Virus record (IMG/VR): IMGVR_UViG_3300048579_000179
Location: 1-29,277 of that record
Source: a virus
Lineage: Duplodnaviria; Caudoviricetes
Length of the DNA: 29,277 nucleotides
Direction: 5' to 3' (one strand)
Both the position numbers and the translations under genes were made by a program. Within the stretch, counting starts at the first letter, position 1; each line of letters opens with the position of its first letter. The notes under the pieces were generated by a model that had not been told where the DNA came from, ran no database searches, and worked only from the letters and a program-made list of their open reading frames with translations. Positions 16,505 to 24,864 of this stretch are shown here, in pieces.

Positions 16505-18463
16505 TCAATCCGTCCGCTGCCACTCACCTGCATACATGCTGACAATCAGGTCGGCGTCCTGCCGGTGGACGTACAGCAGCCGCCCCGGCTCGTACTCGTA
16601 GCGCTGTCCCGACGGCCACGCGTTGCCCAGCCCGAATCCGGTGCTGTTACGTCCGGTGTACTTCAGCGCGATGCTTTCTTTGAGCTGCGAGTGGTCACCC
16701 AGCCGTTCCTTGATGAGCGTCATCAGCTTGCCCACCTGCGCGTCAAAGCTGAAGTGCTCGCGGACAAAGGCCGTGCCCATAGCGGCAATTTGACGTGATT
16801 CTTCGAGATTTTCGAGCCGCGTCTTAATGTGCGCCTTCAACTCGTCTAAATCATTCCATTCCATGTAGTTCCAATTTGCACGCAATCCGGTCAGTTCATC
16901 CAGTCCATCGACATGCTGCTGGAGCACGACGCATCCGCCCGCCGCCAGCGCTTGGAACAGCCGGTTGCTCACGAATCCGCGCGATGTGAAGCCGTTGTCA
17001 CTGATAGCGACCTTACTGCGATTATAGATGGCTTTAGTAACTGAGAAATTGTAGAGGGATGCGAACTCATCACCCGGCGTAAAGACCCTTCCACCAAAAG
17101 ACTCGACAATGCTTGCAATCGCTTGGCGTTCAGGACTGCGTAACGAGGCCAAATAGACCACAGGCCACACGTCACCGCGACTGAATGGGCTTTGCCGTCC
17201 GAGTTCACTATAATAACTGTCCGCTTTAGCTTGGTAATCATCGCCAACATCCTCATAGCCAATCTGCCAGTATGCCCACTGGATGCGTTCCCGCTCGTAG
17301 ATGTCCACCACGTCCAAGTTGGTGATGAGCTGCAAATCCACATGCCGCAGGACGGCCAGCATTTCAGGGCTGGCGAGTCCGCCGGGCGCTTGGTCGCCGT
17401 TCCAGTTGATGATGGTCGCCCCGCTGCGCTGCCGGATTTCACCGAGTAAAGCGGCGGTCATCGGCTGCGGCGACTGAAGCTGGGTCAGGATGAGGTCGGG
17501 TTTGAAGCTGTCCACCAGCTCAATCAGCCGAATCCGCAAATTTTGCGGATTTACAGCGAGGTAATCGAATTCCTGCACGATATGCCGCGCCCCGTGTTTG
17601 TTGCGCCCGCGTGCCAGCGCGTCCCGCAGCCCATGCTTACCGTGTACCGGATGCTTCTGCACGGCCCAGCCCGGCTCATAAATCGGCAGGTACAAAATCC
17701 GCGCCGCCCGTTTATCCTGCTGCACCAGTTGTGGACTGTCGCTCACGATGACTCCTTGCGGCCATTGGTCATAAAAGAAGTGGCTGTCATTGCTTTCCAG
17801 TCCCTTCTGAAAATTGATTTGTCGCAGCTCATCATTCGCCACGTGGTCTTCAACGATACAGTCCGGCACTTCATCGACCGTGTAGCCGTAATGCCAGATT
17901 TGCGCCGACAGCGAGTTATCGCCGCCATAGACATGTGCGCCCAGCATCTCTTCGTGTTCGCCCAGCCACCACTGGCACTTATCGCCCAGCCACTTGCGGA
18001 ACAGTCCCACCTGCGCGTAGACGATGCCCACATGCCGCCCGTTGATGTTGCCTTCCATCCGCAGCGTCTTGTAGTCACTGCGCGTGAAGTGCGCCACCGG
18101 ACGATTGTCTCTGAAAGCGACAGCGCCGCACTTCATGTTCGTTTCCAGATGCACGATGGCCGGAATCACGGCGTTCATCCGGAAGGCGACGTCATCATTC
18201 GCCAGCAGCACATACTTACCCTGTGCCGCCTGTGCCCCGCGCGTGAAGGCCGAAATCGCGCCGACCAGCTTGCCGTCTTCAATCAGCCGCACGTCCGGCT
18301 GCGCCCGCGCCCAGTCCAGCGTGCCGTCGGTTGACCCACCGTCCACCAGTACGATTTCATAGGGCAGCCCCGGCAGCAGGTTGTCACGGAAGGACTGTAC
18401 CATTTCGGTCAGCATCTTCAGCCGGTTGTAGGTGCCGGACACCAGACTAATGATGGGCTGCAT
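16505..18463 (-). CDS. Bifunctional glycosyltransferase: N-terminal GT2 plus C-terminal GT-B (CgeB/Glyco_trans_1_2-like)
   Basis: GTYNR, VDGGSTDGT and LLANDD in the N-terminal half; KPDLIL, IYNRSKVAIS, VSNRLFQALAAG and IAAMGTAFVREHFSF in the C-terminal half. Confidence 0.9.
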   Translation of the reverse strand: MQPIISLVSGTYNRLKMLTEMVQSFRDNLLPGLPYEIVLVDGGSTDGTLDWARAQPDVRLIEDGKLVGAISAFTRGAQAAQGKYVLLANDDVAFRMNAVIPAIVHLETNMKCGAVAFRDNRPVAHFTRSDYKTLRMEGNINGRHVGIVYAQVGLFRKWLGDKCQWWLGEHEEMLGAHVYGGDNSLSAQIWHYGYTVDEVPDCIVEDHVANDELRQINFQKGLESNDSHFFYDQWPQGVIVSDSPQLVQQDKRAARILYLPIYEPGWAVQKHPVHGKHGLRDALARGRNKHGARHIVQEFDYLAVNPQNLRIRLIELVDSFKPDLILTQLQSPQPMTAALLGEIRQRSGATIINWNGDQAPGGLASPEMLAVLRHVDLQLITNLDVVDIYERERIQWAYWQIGYEDVGDDYQAKADSYYSELGRQSPFSRGDVWPVVYLASLRSPERQAIASIVESFGGRVFTPGDEFASLYNFSVTKAIYNRSKVAISDNGFTSRGFVSNRLFQALAAGGCVVLQQHVDGLDELTGLRANWNYMEWNDLDELKAHIKTRLENLEESRQIAAMGTAFVREHFSFDAQVGKLMTLIKERLGDHSQLKESIALKYTGRNSTGFGLGNAWPSGQRYEYEPGRLLYVHRQDADLIVSMYAGEWQRTD

Positions 18464-18468
18464 GGGTG

Positions 18469-19395
18469 TTACTTTCTGGATTTACTACGCGACTTCGATA
18501 CCGGCTTGGTCAACTGGTCAATCACGTCGGTGTCATTTATTAAAGTGGGTTCTTTCTTGCCATCCGGCACCGGATAACTAACCCGTTCCTGTGATGCATC
18601 AAAAGGCGGCAGTTCAAGGTAGCCGGTCTGCGAGTTCCCATCGATGGGACGCGCTTCTTCAATCTGGGATTTAATCCCATCATCATAAGGTGTGGTTAGT
18701 TCGTTGACCGTCGCCACCGTCCGCACACCGGGCATCACCGTCACGGCCACGCCGCAGTCGCTCGGCTCAATCAGGTACGGCTTGAAGTAGACACCGGCCT
18801 GCGCCAGACCATCCCGAATCGCCCGCCCCACGGAAGACCCAATCCGCTGACCGCCGCCCACAATCGCGAAATCATGCGCCGCATCATGGTTGACCATCAC
18901 GCCGCCCGCTTCCAGCTTATCCACCGCCAGCCGTGCAATCGCCGCTGTCAGTTCGGTGCTGTGGTCGGCATCCTCAAACAGCAGGCCGATGCTGTGGTCT
19001 TCCTGCTCTGCCAGCCACGCGCGTCCATCGGCTTTGACGAAGGTGACGTAATCCCGCACTTCGGGCAGCAGCAAGCTACCGGCGACTGCACCGCCTTCAC
19101 CACTGTCCACACTCATGACACGCCCGCGCCCGTTGGCCTTGACCGCCGCCGCCAGATGGGACGCGCTGCACCCTACCCAGCCGCCGATTTCCGCCACCAC
19201 GTCCGGCTTCAGCCAGCGCACCAGCGCATACAGCAGCTTGCCTTCCGGCTCCCACAGGCTGCCCATCGGAAACTTGCGGTTGGCTTCGTTGATGTCGTAG
19301 CCACCAATCGTGTCTTCTGCCGCGTACTGCATCAATTCCTGCGCGTCAGCCTTGATTTGTGCCGCCAGCAGTGTGAAACCCTGTTCGATATTCAT
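18469..19395 (-). CDS. Class I SAM-dependent methyltransferase (Methyltransf_24-like) with low-complexity tail
   Basis: VVAEIGGWVGCS, LLFEDADHS and GGVMVNHD motifs; start ATG 19395 with GGAGG RBS and ATGA overlap. Confidence 0.88.
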   Translation of the reverse strand: MNIEQGFTLLAAQIKADAQELMQYAAEDTIGGYDINEANRKFPMGSLWEPEGKLLYALVRWLKPDVVAEIGGWVGCSASHLAAAVKANGRGRVMSVDSGEGGAVAGSLLLPEVRDYVTFVKADGRAWLAEQEDHSIGLLFEDADHSTELTAAIARLAVDKLEAGGVMVNHDAAHDFAIVGGGQRIGSSVGRAIRDGLAQAGVYFKPYLIEPSDCGVAVTVMPGVRTVATVNELTTPYDDGIKSQIEEARPIDGNSQTGYLELPPFDASQERVSYPVPDGKKEPTLINDTDVIDQLTKPVSKSRSKSRK

Positions 19396-20123
19396 GTCAA
19401 TGCCTCCCATTGTTTATGCACACACCACAAATCCATGCCTTCCGGCGCGGACCACGTATAGCCCCATTCTTCCACCATCTTGACCATCTCATGCACCGGA
19501 TAGCCGTACTGGTTCGCGTTCTCTTGGCTGTATTCAAACAATAAAAACGGGTGATACTTTTGGATAATCTCTTGCGCCCCTTCGAGTACATATTTTTCCG
19601 CGCCTTCCGTGTCAATCTTAATGAAGCGCGGTTCAACCCCATGTTCACGGCAGTAGGTGTCCAGCTTGCAAACCGAAATCGGCGAATCATCGACCGCCTT
19701 GTGCCACGCCGGTGAGCCGTTGACCATCGACACACCCAGCCCGCCGATGTCATGAACGGTGTGCAGGACGCCCACGCCGTTGTAATTTGAAACGGCCATC
19801 CGGTTGGATACCACTTGCGGCAGCAGGTCATTCAAGTGAATATTTTCACCCAGCACCCGGTAAGCCAGTTCGACCGGCTCAAAGGCGTGGACGGTCAGCC
19901 CGGGATGATGTTTGGCCATCAGCGTGAAGCTGCCGGTGTTTGCGCCGACGTCAATCAGCGTCGCTTTGGGATACTTGATGAGCTGGTCGAAGCACCAGCG
20001 CAGCGGCAGCGGCGAATACGGCTGAAGGTGCGGCTGCATGTAGAAGCTGCCACCCATCAGCGCGGTACGGTCATCAACAGTGACCATGCGGGTATCGTTG
20101 AACAGTGCGACTTCAATGGTCAT
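19392..20123 (-). CDS. FkbM family methyltransferase
   Basis: Motifs IDVGANTG, VHAFEP, KLDTY and FIKIDTEGAEKYVLEGA. Confidence 0.93.
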   Translation of the reverse strand: MTIEVALFNDTRMVTVDDRTALMGGSFYMQPHLQPYSPLPLRWCFDQLIKYPKATLIDVGANTGSFTLMAKHHPGLTVHAFEPVELAYRVLGENIHLNDLLPQVVSNRMAVSNYNGVGVLHTVHDIGGLGVSMVNGSPAWHKAVDDSPISVCKLDTYCREHGVEPRFIKIDTEGAEKYVLEGAQEIIQKYHPFLLFEYSQENANQYGYPVHEMVKMVEEWGYTWSAPEGMDLWCVHKQWEALT

Positions 20124-20346
20124 CGGGCATCCTGAGTTCATCATAAGGAACGTTCAACACGCAGAACGTTCGGCGCGGGTCGTCTAAATGTTCAAATTCC
20201 AAATCAACCGTGCCGCGCATCGGCACATGGTCAACGGCTTTCACGGCGCGGCCAACTTTGCCGATATACCGCCGGGTGTCTGGCGAAAACACGTCTTTTC
20301 GGTGGACTACCCACTGTACTTGTGCGCCAAACTTGACCTGACTCAT
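20113..20346 (-). CDS. Hypothetical protein, 77 aa
   Basis: Translationally coupled (ATGA) to the upstream glycosyltransferase and fills the gap. Confidence 0.7.
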   Translation of the reverse strand: MSQVKFGAQVQWVVHRKDVFSPDTRRYIGKVGRAVKAVDHVPMRGTVDLEFEHLDDPRRTFCVLNVPYDELRMPDDH

Positions 20347-21098
20347 GTAATCACATCCATCCCGTAAAACGGATGCTCACTCATCCACGCGGGCATGTAG
20401 TCGAGTGGATTGACCTGTTCATAATTCCAGAAGGTGCTTCCAACTGGATGCAAATCAGTGCTCCTGTTTTTGTTCATAAACACGTCGTTAAACCAGTTCA
20501 CATCGCGCCGCAGCTCGCCCAGATGCCCGTGTATCTGCCACTTGTAGGCCACGATGTCAGGCCGCGTCGCGTAGCCCATGTGATTGACGACGCCTGATGA
20601 TGGATACCATGACGATTCGCCGGATGGAATGCGCGGGAAGGTCACACGCGCAGGATACGCCGGGTCATGCAGAATGCAGCGGTGAAACGAACGCCAGTAG
20701 TGGATAAAGGGCACGCGTAGGTAACGGAATGGCTGTGAATATTGAACCGAGCCAGCGTAGCGCATGATATTGTTAATCAACTTTTCGCTGTAAATCTCAT
20801 CACTATCCACCGACAGAATCACATCAGCATCCGGCGCATACTGTAAGATGCTGTCCCGCTGCTGGCCTTCATACGTCCAGTCGCCGCGGTGCCACTTCAG
20901 CTTCAATCCGGCGGCCTGCCACGCAATGTCATGCAGTTCATCCTCACTGTCGGGACAAACTGCGTCCGAATAATGGCCGTGCGATGGCCGTGTGGCATAC
21001 AGCACATGGTATTCGTCAATGTGGTCAATCACCGACCGAATCGCCCAGCCGAGATAATCCGCACCGTAGCGCAGAGCGGTGTAGCCAATCACCTTCAT
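20343..21098 (-). CDS. Glycosyltransferase, GT-A fold (GT2-like)
   Basis: YLGWAIRSVIDHID, EGQQRD, ILSVDSDEIY (DxD) and VNHMGY; start ATG 21098 with ATGA overlap. Confidence 0.85.
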   Translation of the reverse strand: MKVIGYTALRYGADYLGWAIRSVIDHIDEYHVLYATRPSHGHYSDAVCPDSEDELHDIAWQAAGLKLKWHRGDWTYEGQQRDSILQYAPDADVILSVDSDEIYSEKLINNIMRYAGSVQYSQPFRYLRVPFIHYWRSFHRCILHDPAYPARVTFPRIPSGESSWYPSSGVVNHMGYATRPDIVAYKWQIHGHLGELRRDVNWFNDVFMNKNRSTDLHPVGSTFWNYEQVNPLDYMPAWMSEHPFYGMDVIT

Positions 21099-21637
21099 TG
21101 ATACGCCCCTGCTTTCGGCAAATCCCACAGGCATTTCAGTGTGTGGGCCGTGCTGTCATACGACCACGCCGGACAATCCCCCAGCACCGGTTCAGGCGTC
21201 GCCGGTACATACACACCATATTGGCCGTCGGCGCAGGGCTTAGTGTCCCATGTGTGCAGTTCCAGTGTGGTGGTCAGTGCGCCGCTGAAGGTCACCGTGA
21301 AGACGTAAGGCGAATCTTCCGCGTGGGCATCCAGATACCAATCGTCGTGCAGCCCCGGCGACGTCACAAAATGTTCCGGTGTATTGATGACCGCCGATCC
21401 GTTGTTGGTGTTTCCGAACTGCACTGTGAACGGTTCGACGCCGTCCGATTGGTAGCCGAAGTGGATGCGGTAGTGGATGTCACCAAGCTGCTCGACACAG
21501 CCGGGCGTGAAGATGGTGAACGGCGGTGGATTGTCCTGCGCGTGGGTGAAGCTCAACCCAATGAGCATCAAAGCGATGACCACCAGAAACAGCACCCCGA
21601 TAAATAGACCTTCACTAAAGGCATCGAGTCGCTTCAT
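21095..21637 (-). CDS. Secreted or membrane-anchored protein of unknown function
   Basis: GGAGG RBS; hydrophobic N-terminus ending THAQD, then a beta-rich domain with 4 Cys. Confidence 0.7.
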   Translation of the reverse strand: MKRLDAFSEGLFIGVLFLVVIALMLIGLSFTHAQDNPPPFTIFTPGCVEQLGDIHYRIHFGYQSDGVEPFTVQFGNTNNGSAVINTPEHFVTSPGLHDDWYLDAHAEDSPYVFTVTFSGALTTTLELHTWDTKPCADGQYGVYVPATPEPVLGDCPAWSYDSTAHTLKCLWDLPKAGAYQ

Positions 21638-21951
21638 TTTTGAACCTCCAATAATGCTTGATAGGGTTCGGCTAGTTTTTCAAATTCCGGCATGACCTTG
21701 ACGCGCACCACATGGTCTTCCGGCAGCGCCAGCAGCAGCCGACGGTAAAAGCGCAGCCACGCGCCGAGCTGCACCAGCATTTGCTTACGCGTCGGGTTTT
21801 CGACCTGTTTGCTCATGTTGCCCAGCGCCAGAAACACGGCGTAATCGCTTTGCGACCAGTCCACGTTCGGCAGTCCCAACAGCATTTGCACTTCCATCTG
21901 GGCGGTTTGCAGTGCCGGTCGCATCTCACGAAACGGGATGAGTCTAGACAT
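21634..21951 (-). CDS. Hypothetical protein, ~105 aa
   Basis: Overlaps both neighbouring genes; predicted helical. Confidence 0.7.
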   Translation of the reverse strand: MSRLIPFREMRPALQTAQMEVQMLLGLPNVDWSQSDYAVFLALGNMSKQVENPTRKQMLVQLGAWLRFYRRLLLALPEDHVVRVKVMPEFEKLAEPYQALLEVQK

Positions 21952-22744
21952 TCGCTTCAACTACTTTCTGGAAGGTGTACTGCTCGCATAACAGTTGATG
22001 CAGTGCCAGCGCATAATCCCTCAACATCCGTTCATCTTTCAGCACGTTGGCGGTGAATTCAGCTAGATGTTTGTAATCGGCCTGCACCATGTACGAATAA
22101 CTAAAGATGCCGCGTTCGTTGACGGTTTCGGTAATCATCGGCAGCTTGTGCGCCGCCGCTAGACACCAACGCAGCGGCGCAATGGTCGGCATGTTGTCAT
22201 GCTGATGGACGTGAAGCATCACCCTGCTGGACAAGAGTCCTGCGGAACGTGCTGTTCCCCATTGGTTTTCGGTTGGCATCAGCGATAATCCGTATTCACG
22301 AAGCTGATGGGTAATCACCTGCCGCCGATGAGTTTGGTAGCTAATCTGGGCAACACCTTTTATCCGTCTCAAAGGCCAAATGTCAGGGCATTCATTCAGT
22401 CCGGCATTCCCGCCAACCGGCACATACCGTGCGCCAATTTTGTTGGCATACCATTTATCAGACGCCCAGACTTCAGCCACACCCGGCGGCTCATTGACGT
22501 CTGCCCGCCAATCCGTCCGCCATTCGAGTTCCCAGTGAATGATGTAGGCTTTCGGCTGCTGCCAGCCATCCAGCCATTCGTCATTCAGCGGTGTGATGAT
22601 GTAGGTGTTGTCGCTCTGCGGGTCCAACTGCGACAGTGGAATCACTGGATAGCCGGACAGTTCGACCAGTTTGAAAAAGTCGGTGTAGGAACGGTAGCCG
22701 CCCTGCAAATAGAAATCGGTGGCACAAAAAATAACGTTACCCAT
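21944..22744 (-). CDS. Putative glycosyltransferase (degenerate GT-B-like)
   Basis: EVWASD, SRVMLHVHQH, PLRWCLAAAHKLPMITET and YTFQKVV resemble a GT-B C-terminal domain; cluster context supports the call. Confidence 0.6.
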   Translation of the reverse strand: MGNVIFCATDFYLQGGYRSYTDFFKLVELSGYPVIPLSQLDPQSDNTYIITPLNDEWLDGWQQPKAYIIHWELEWRTDWRADVNEPPGVAEVWASDKWYANKIGARYVPVGGNAGLNECPDIWPLRRIKGVAQISYQTHRRQVITHQLREYGLSLMPTENQWGTARSAGLLSSRVMLHVHQHDNMPTIAPLRWCLAAAHKLPMITETVNERGIFSYSYMVQADYKHLAEFTANVLKDERMLRDYALALHQLLCEQYTFQKVVEANV

Positions 22745-22970
22745 TGTTCCAACCTACAACTTCCGATTCAACAATTAAGTATTGGCTGCCATCGGATTGA
22801 ACAGGCGTTTTCCACTGTTCTAATTCTTCATACCAATCCGATTGAGGAATGTGGCAGACATCCTCAATATCCTGTTTCAGTCCATCGATGGACGCGTAAA
22901 TTCGCAATGCTTTTTCGTCATACATCGACTGTGTTCTGACCATGAAGCACTGAAACACAATGGCATTCAT
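22737..22970 (-). CDS. Hypothetical protein, 77 aa (variable-slot gene Y)
   Basis: MNAIVFQCF...VVGWNNG; ATGA-coupled to the chimeric ORF, AT-rich, overlaps the next start. Confidence 0.7.
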   Translation of the reverse strand: MNAIVFQCFMVRTQSMYDEKALRIYASIDGLKQDIEDVCHIPQSDWYEELEQWKTPVQSDGSQYLIVESEVVGWNNG

Positions 22971-23299
22971 AGGTTTAACCGCCAGCCGGTGAAGCCGTGC
23001 AGCCACAGCGCCACGCCTGCAATCGCCAGCGCGTCCGTGACCACATTGCGCCCAATGAGACTGAGTATCAATGCCGCCCACACCATCAGGCAGATGATGC
23101 GGGCTTTCGGCTGCTGCCAGCCGTCCAACCATTCATCATTCAGCGGCGTGATGATGTAGGTGTTGTCGCTCTGCGGGTCAAGCTGCGACAGTGGAATCAG
23201 CGGATAGCCGGACAGTTCGACCAGCTTGAAAAAATCGATGTAATAACGGTAGCCGCCATCCAGATAGAATTGAGTTGCACAAAAGATGATGTCAGACAT
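22967..23299 (-). CDS. Chimeric 110-aa ORF: glycosyltransferase N-terminus fused in frame to membrane protein C-terminus
   Basis: Residues 1-66 match the start of 21944-22744; IICLMVW...WRLNL is identical to the end of 23564-23905. Confidence 0.85.
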   Translation of the reverse strand: MSDIIFCATQFYLDGGYRYYIDFFKLVELSGYPLIPLSQLDPQSDNTYIITPLNDEWLDGWQQPKARIICLMVWAALILSLIGRNVVTDALAIAGVALWLHGFTGWRLNL

Positions 23300-23300
23300 A

Positions 23301-23567
23301 TCAGTCCTTTATAGGAAAGTAGCGCGAATAACCGCCTAAACGCATGTCGCCGTAGCCAACCCGCTCTTGATGGTCAATCGTCAACGGCATGTCGGGGTGG
23401 GTTTGACGGATGTGAGCGACTTCCGCCATCGCTTCATCCAAAGACCGGCATTCCTTATGGCAGAAGGCATCATTACTGTAGAGAATGCCCCACACGTCCC
23501 ACCATGCGTCATCCGTCGGCTTGTATCCGCTGAACTGCTCGAAGTAGACCTGCTCGGCTTGATTCAT
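23301..23567 (-). CDS. Hypothetical protein, 88 aa (variable-slot gene X)
   Basis: MNQAEQVYF...YFPIKD; ATGA-coupled to the upstream gene. Confidence 0.7.
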   Translation of the reverse strand: MNQAEQVYFEQFSGYKPTDDAWWDVWGILYSNDAFCHKECRSLDEAMAEVAHIRQTHPDMPLTIDHQERVGYGDMRLGGYSRYFPIKD

Positions 23568-23905
23568 AGGTTCAACCGCCAACCGGTGAAGCCGTGCAGC
23601 CACAGCGCCACGCCTGCAATCGCCAGCGCGTCCGTGACCACATTGCGCCCAATGAGACTGAGTATCAATGCCGCCCACACCATCAGGCAGATGATGCAGT
23701 CCAGCAGGCCGTTCTTAGATGGAAAATAAGCGGCGACATCATGCCCTGGCTCGGATTTCAATTCCCACCCGCGTCGTCCATGCCATCGGCCACCGCCGAT
23801 TTCACGAATCCGTTCAAAGATGCCAAACGGCCCGTGTGTTTTGGTCACTGCGTAACTGATGTACCAAGCGGCGGCTGCGTAATACAGCACATCCAAAATA
23901 GACAT
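23564..23905 (-). CDS. DUF1360-like membrane protein
   Basis: Pattern of a TM segment, GPFGIFERIR, LLDCIICLMVW, then two TM segments. Confidence 0.7.
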   Translation of the reverse strand: MSILDVLYYAAAAWYISYAVTKTHGPFGIFERIREIGGGRWHGRRGWELKSEPGHDVAAYFPSKNGLLDCIICLMVWAALILSLIGRNVVTDALAIAGVALWLHGFTGWRLNL

Positions 23906-24762
23906 TAGACCAGCCCGCTTTCCTTGAGGATGACGTCCCGCTTGGGAGCCAGTGCGTTGACATCCTGCACCGCGCGGAACAAATGCGGCGTCTGCTCAAT
24001 ATCGGCTGGATTGACATAAATCTTTGACCCGTTGCCGCCGACGTATACGCGTCCGGTGGCAACGCCGACTTCACTGCGCATTCCGGCCCACAGCGTCTGG
24101 GCGAGTACATCGCCGGGCTGCTCGGCACCGGGATTCACTTGTGCCGGTTGTCCCGGCTGACCACAACATGCCATGATGGTGAATTGCCCTCCATTTCGTG
24201 CAAACACATCGTCCATAATCGCCTTTTTATCGGCGCGTTGTTTAAAAGAGAGTGACCGCTGTCCGTGTTGAGTGTAGTGGAGCAGCGCCTTGTCCACGTG
24301 CAGGCCGCAAACCCCGGCGCGGTGGCTGCGCAGATAGAAGTCCACGTCTTCATGCCCGGGCAGTGATTCATCAAATCCGCCCAGCGCTTTGAAGATGGCC
24401 GTTGGATACAGCGTCGTCACCAGATGCGAACGGTAAACATTCGATGCCCCGACGCACAGGTTGGGTTTGCGCAGCACCGAATCGCAGTACCAGTTGGTAT
24501 AAACGTAATAGCCGGTGTGGTACGCCCGCAGACATTCCTCGACAAAGGTCGGTTCCAGCACGTCATCGCCGTCTAAAAAGACTAAAAATGGTGTTTCGGC
24601 AAACATCGCGTCATTCCGCAGTCGGGCAGGCGTGTCTTTTGACAAACCACTGATGACATTGCACGGAATCGTCTGGCGTTCGGCGCTCTCAATGGCACGG
24701 ATCACCAGTTCGGCATGATGAGGGGCATAGGGGATATAGATGGAAACCAATGGCTGCGGCAT
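23905..24762 (-). CDS. Glycosyltransferase family 2 with extra C-terminal domain
   Basis: LVSIYIPY, RAIESAERQT, ARLRN, VFLDGDD and GGFDESLPGHEDVDF; start ATG 24762 behind AGGA. Confidence 0.92.
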   Translation of the reverse strand: MPQPLVSIYIPYAPHHAELVIRAIESAERQTIPCNVISGLSKDTPARLRNDAMFAETPFLVFLDGDDVLEPTFVEECLRAYHTGYYVYTNWYCDSVLRKPNLCVGASNVYRSHLVTTLYPTAIFKALGGFDESLPGHEDVDFYLRSHRAGVCGLHVDKALLHYTQHGQRSLSFKQRADKKAIMDDVFARNGGQFTIMACCGQPGQPAQVNPGAEQPGDVLAQTLWAGMRSEVGVATGRVYVGGNGSKIYVNPADIEQTPHLFRAVQDVNALAPKRDVILKESGLV

Positions 24763-24803
24763 GTGATTGTCCTGACACAATCGTCTGGGTCAGCGGTCGC
24801 CGG

Positions 24804-24836
24804 AATAAAAAAGGTGACACGCTGGGTGTCACCTTT
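24804..24836 (-). terminator. Intrinsic terminator after the major capsid gene
   Basis: Minus strand AAAGGTGACAC-ccagc-GTGTCACCTTT-TTTATT. Confidence 0.85.
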
Positions 24837-24864
24837 GTACCACACGGGGGATGAAAGCCGGGGC

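Larger units (their letters stand above)
22539..23299. repeat. Diverged ~200-bp repeat (22539-22744 and 23094-23299)
   Basis: About 87% identity by hand count over the first 66 codons, with many synonymous differences. Confidence 0.9.
22965..23697. repeat. 136-bp direct repeat (22965-23100 and 23562-23697)
   Basis: Manual alignment shows 2 mismatches. Confidence 0.95.

Noticed and set aside
22539-23299. Possible diversity-generating retroelement TR/VR pair
   Set aside because: Mismatches are not adenine-specific and many are synonymous; the repeat is at a gene 5' end and no reverse transcriptase is in the window.
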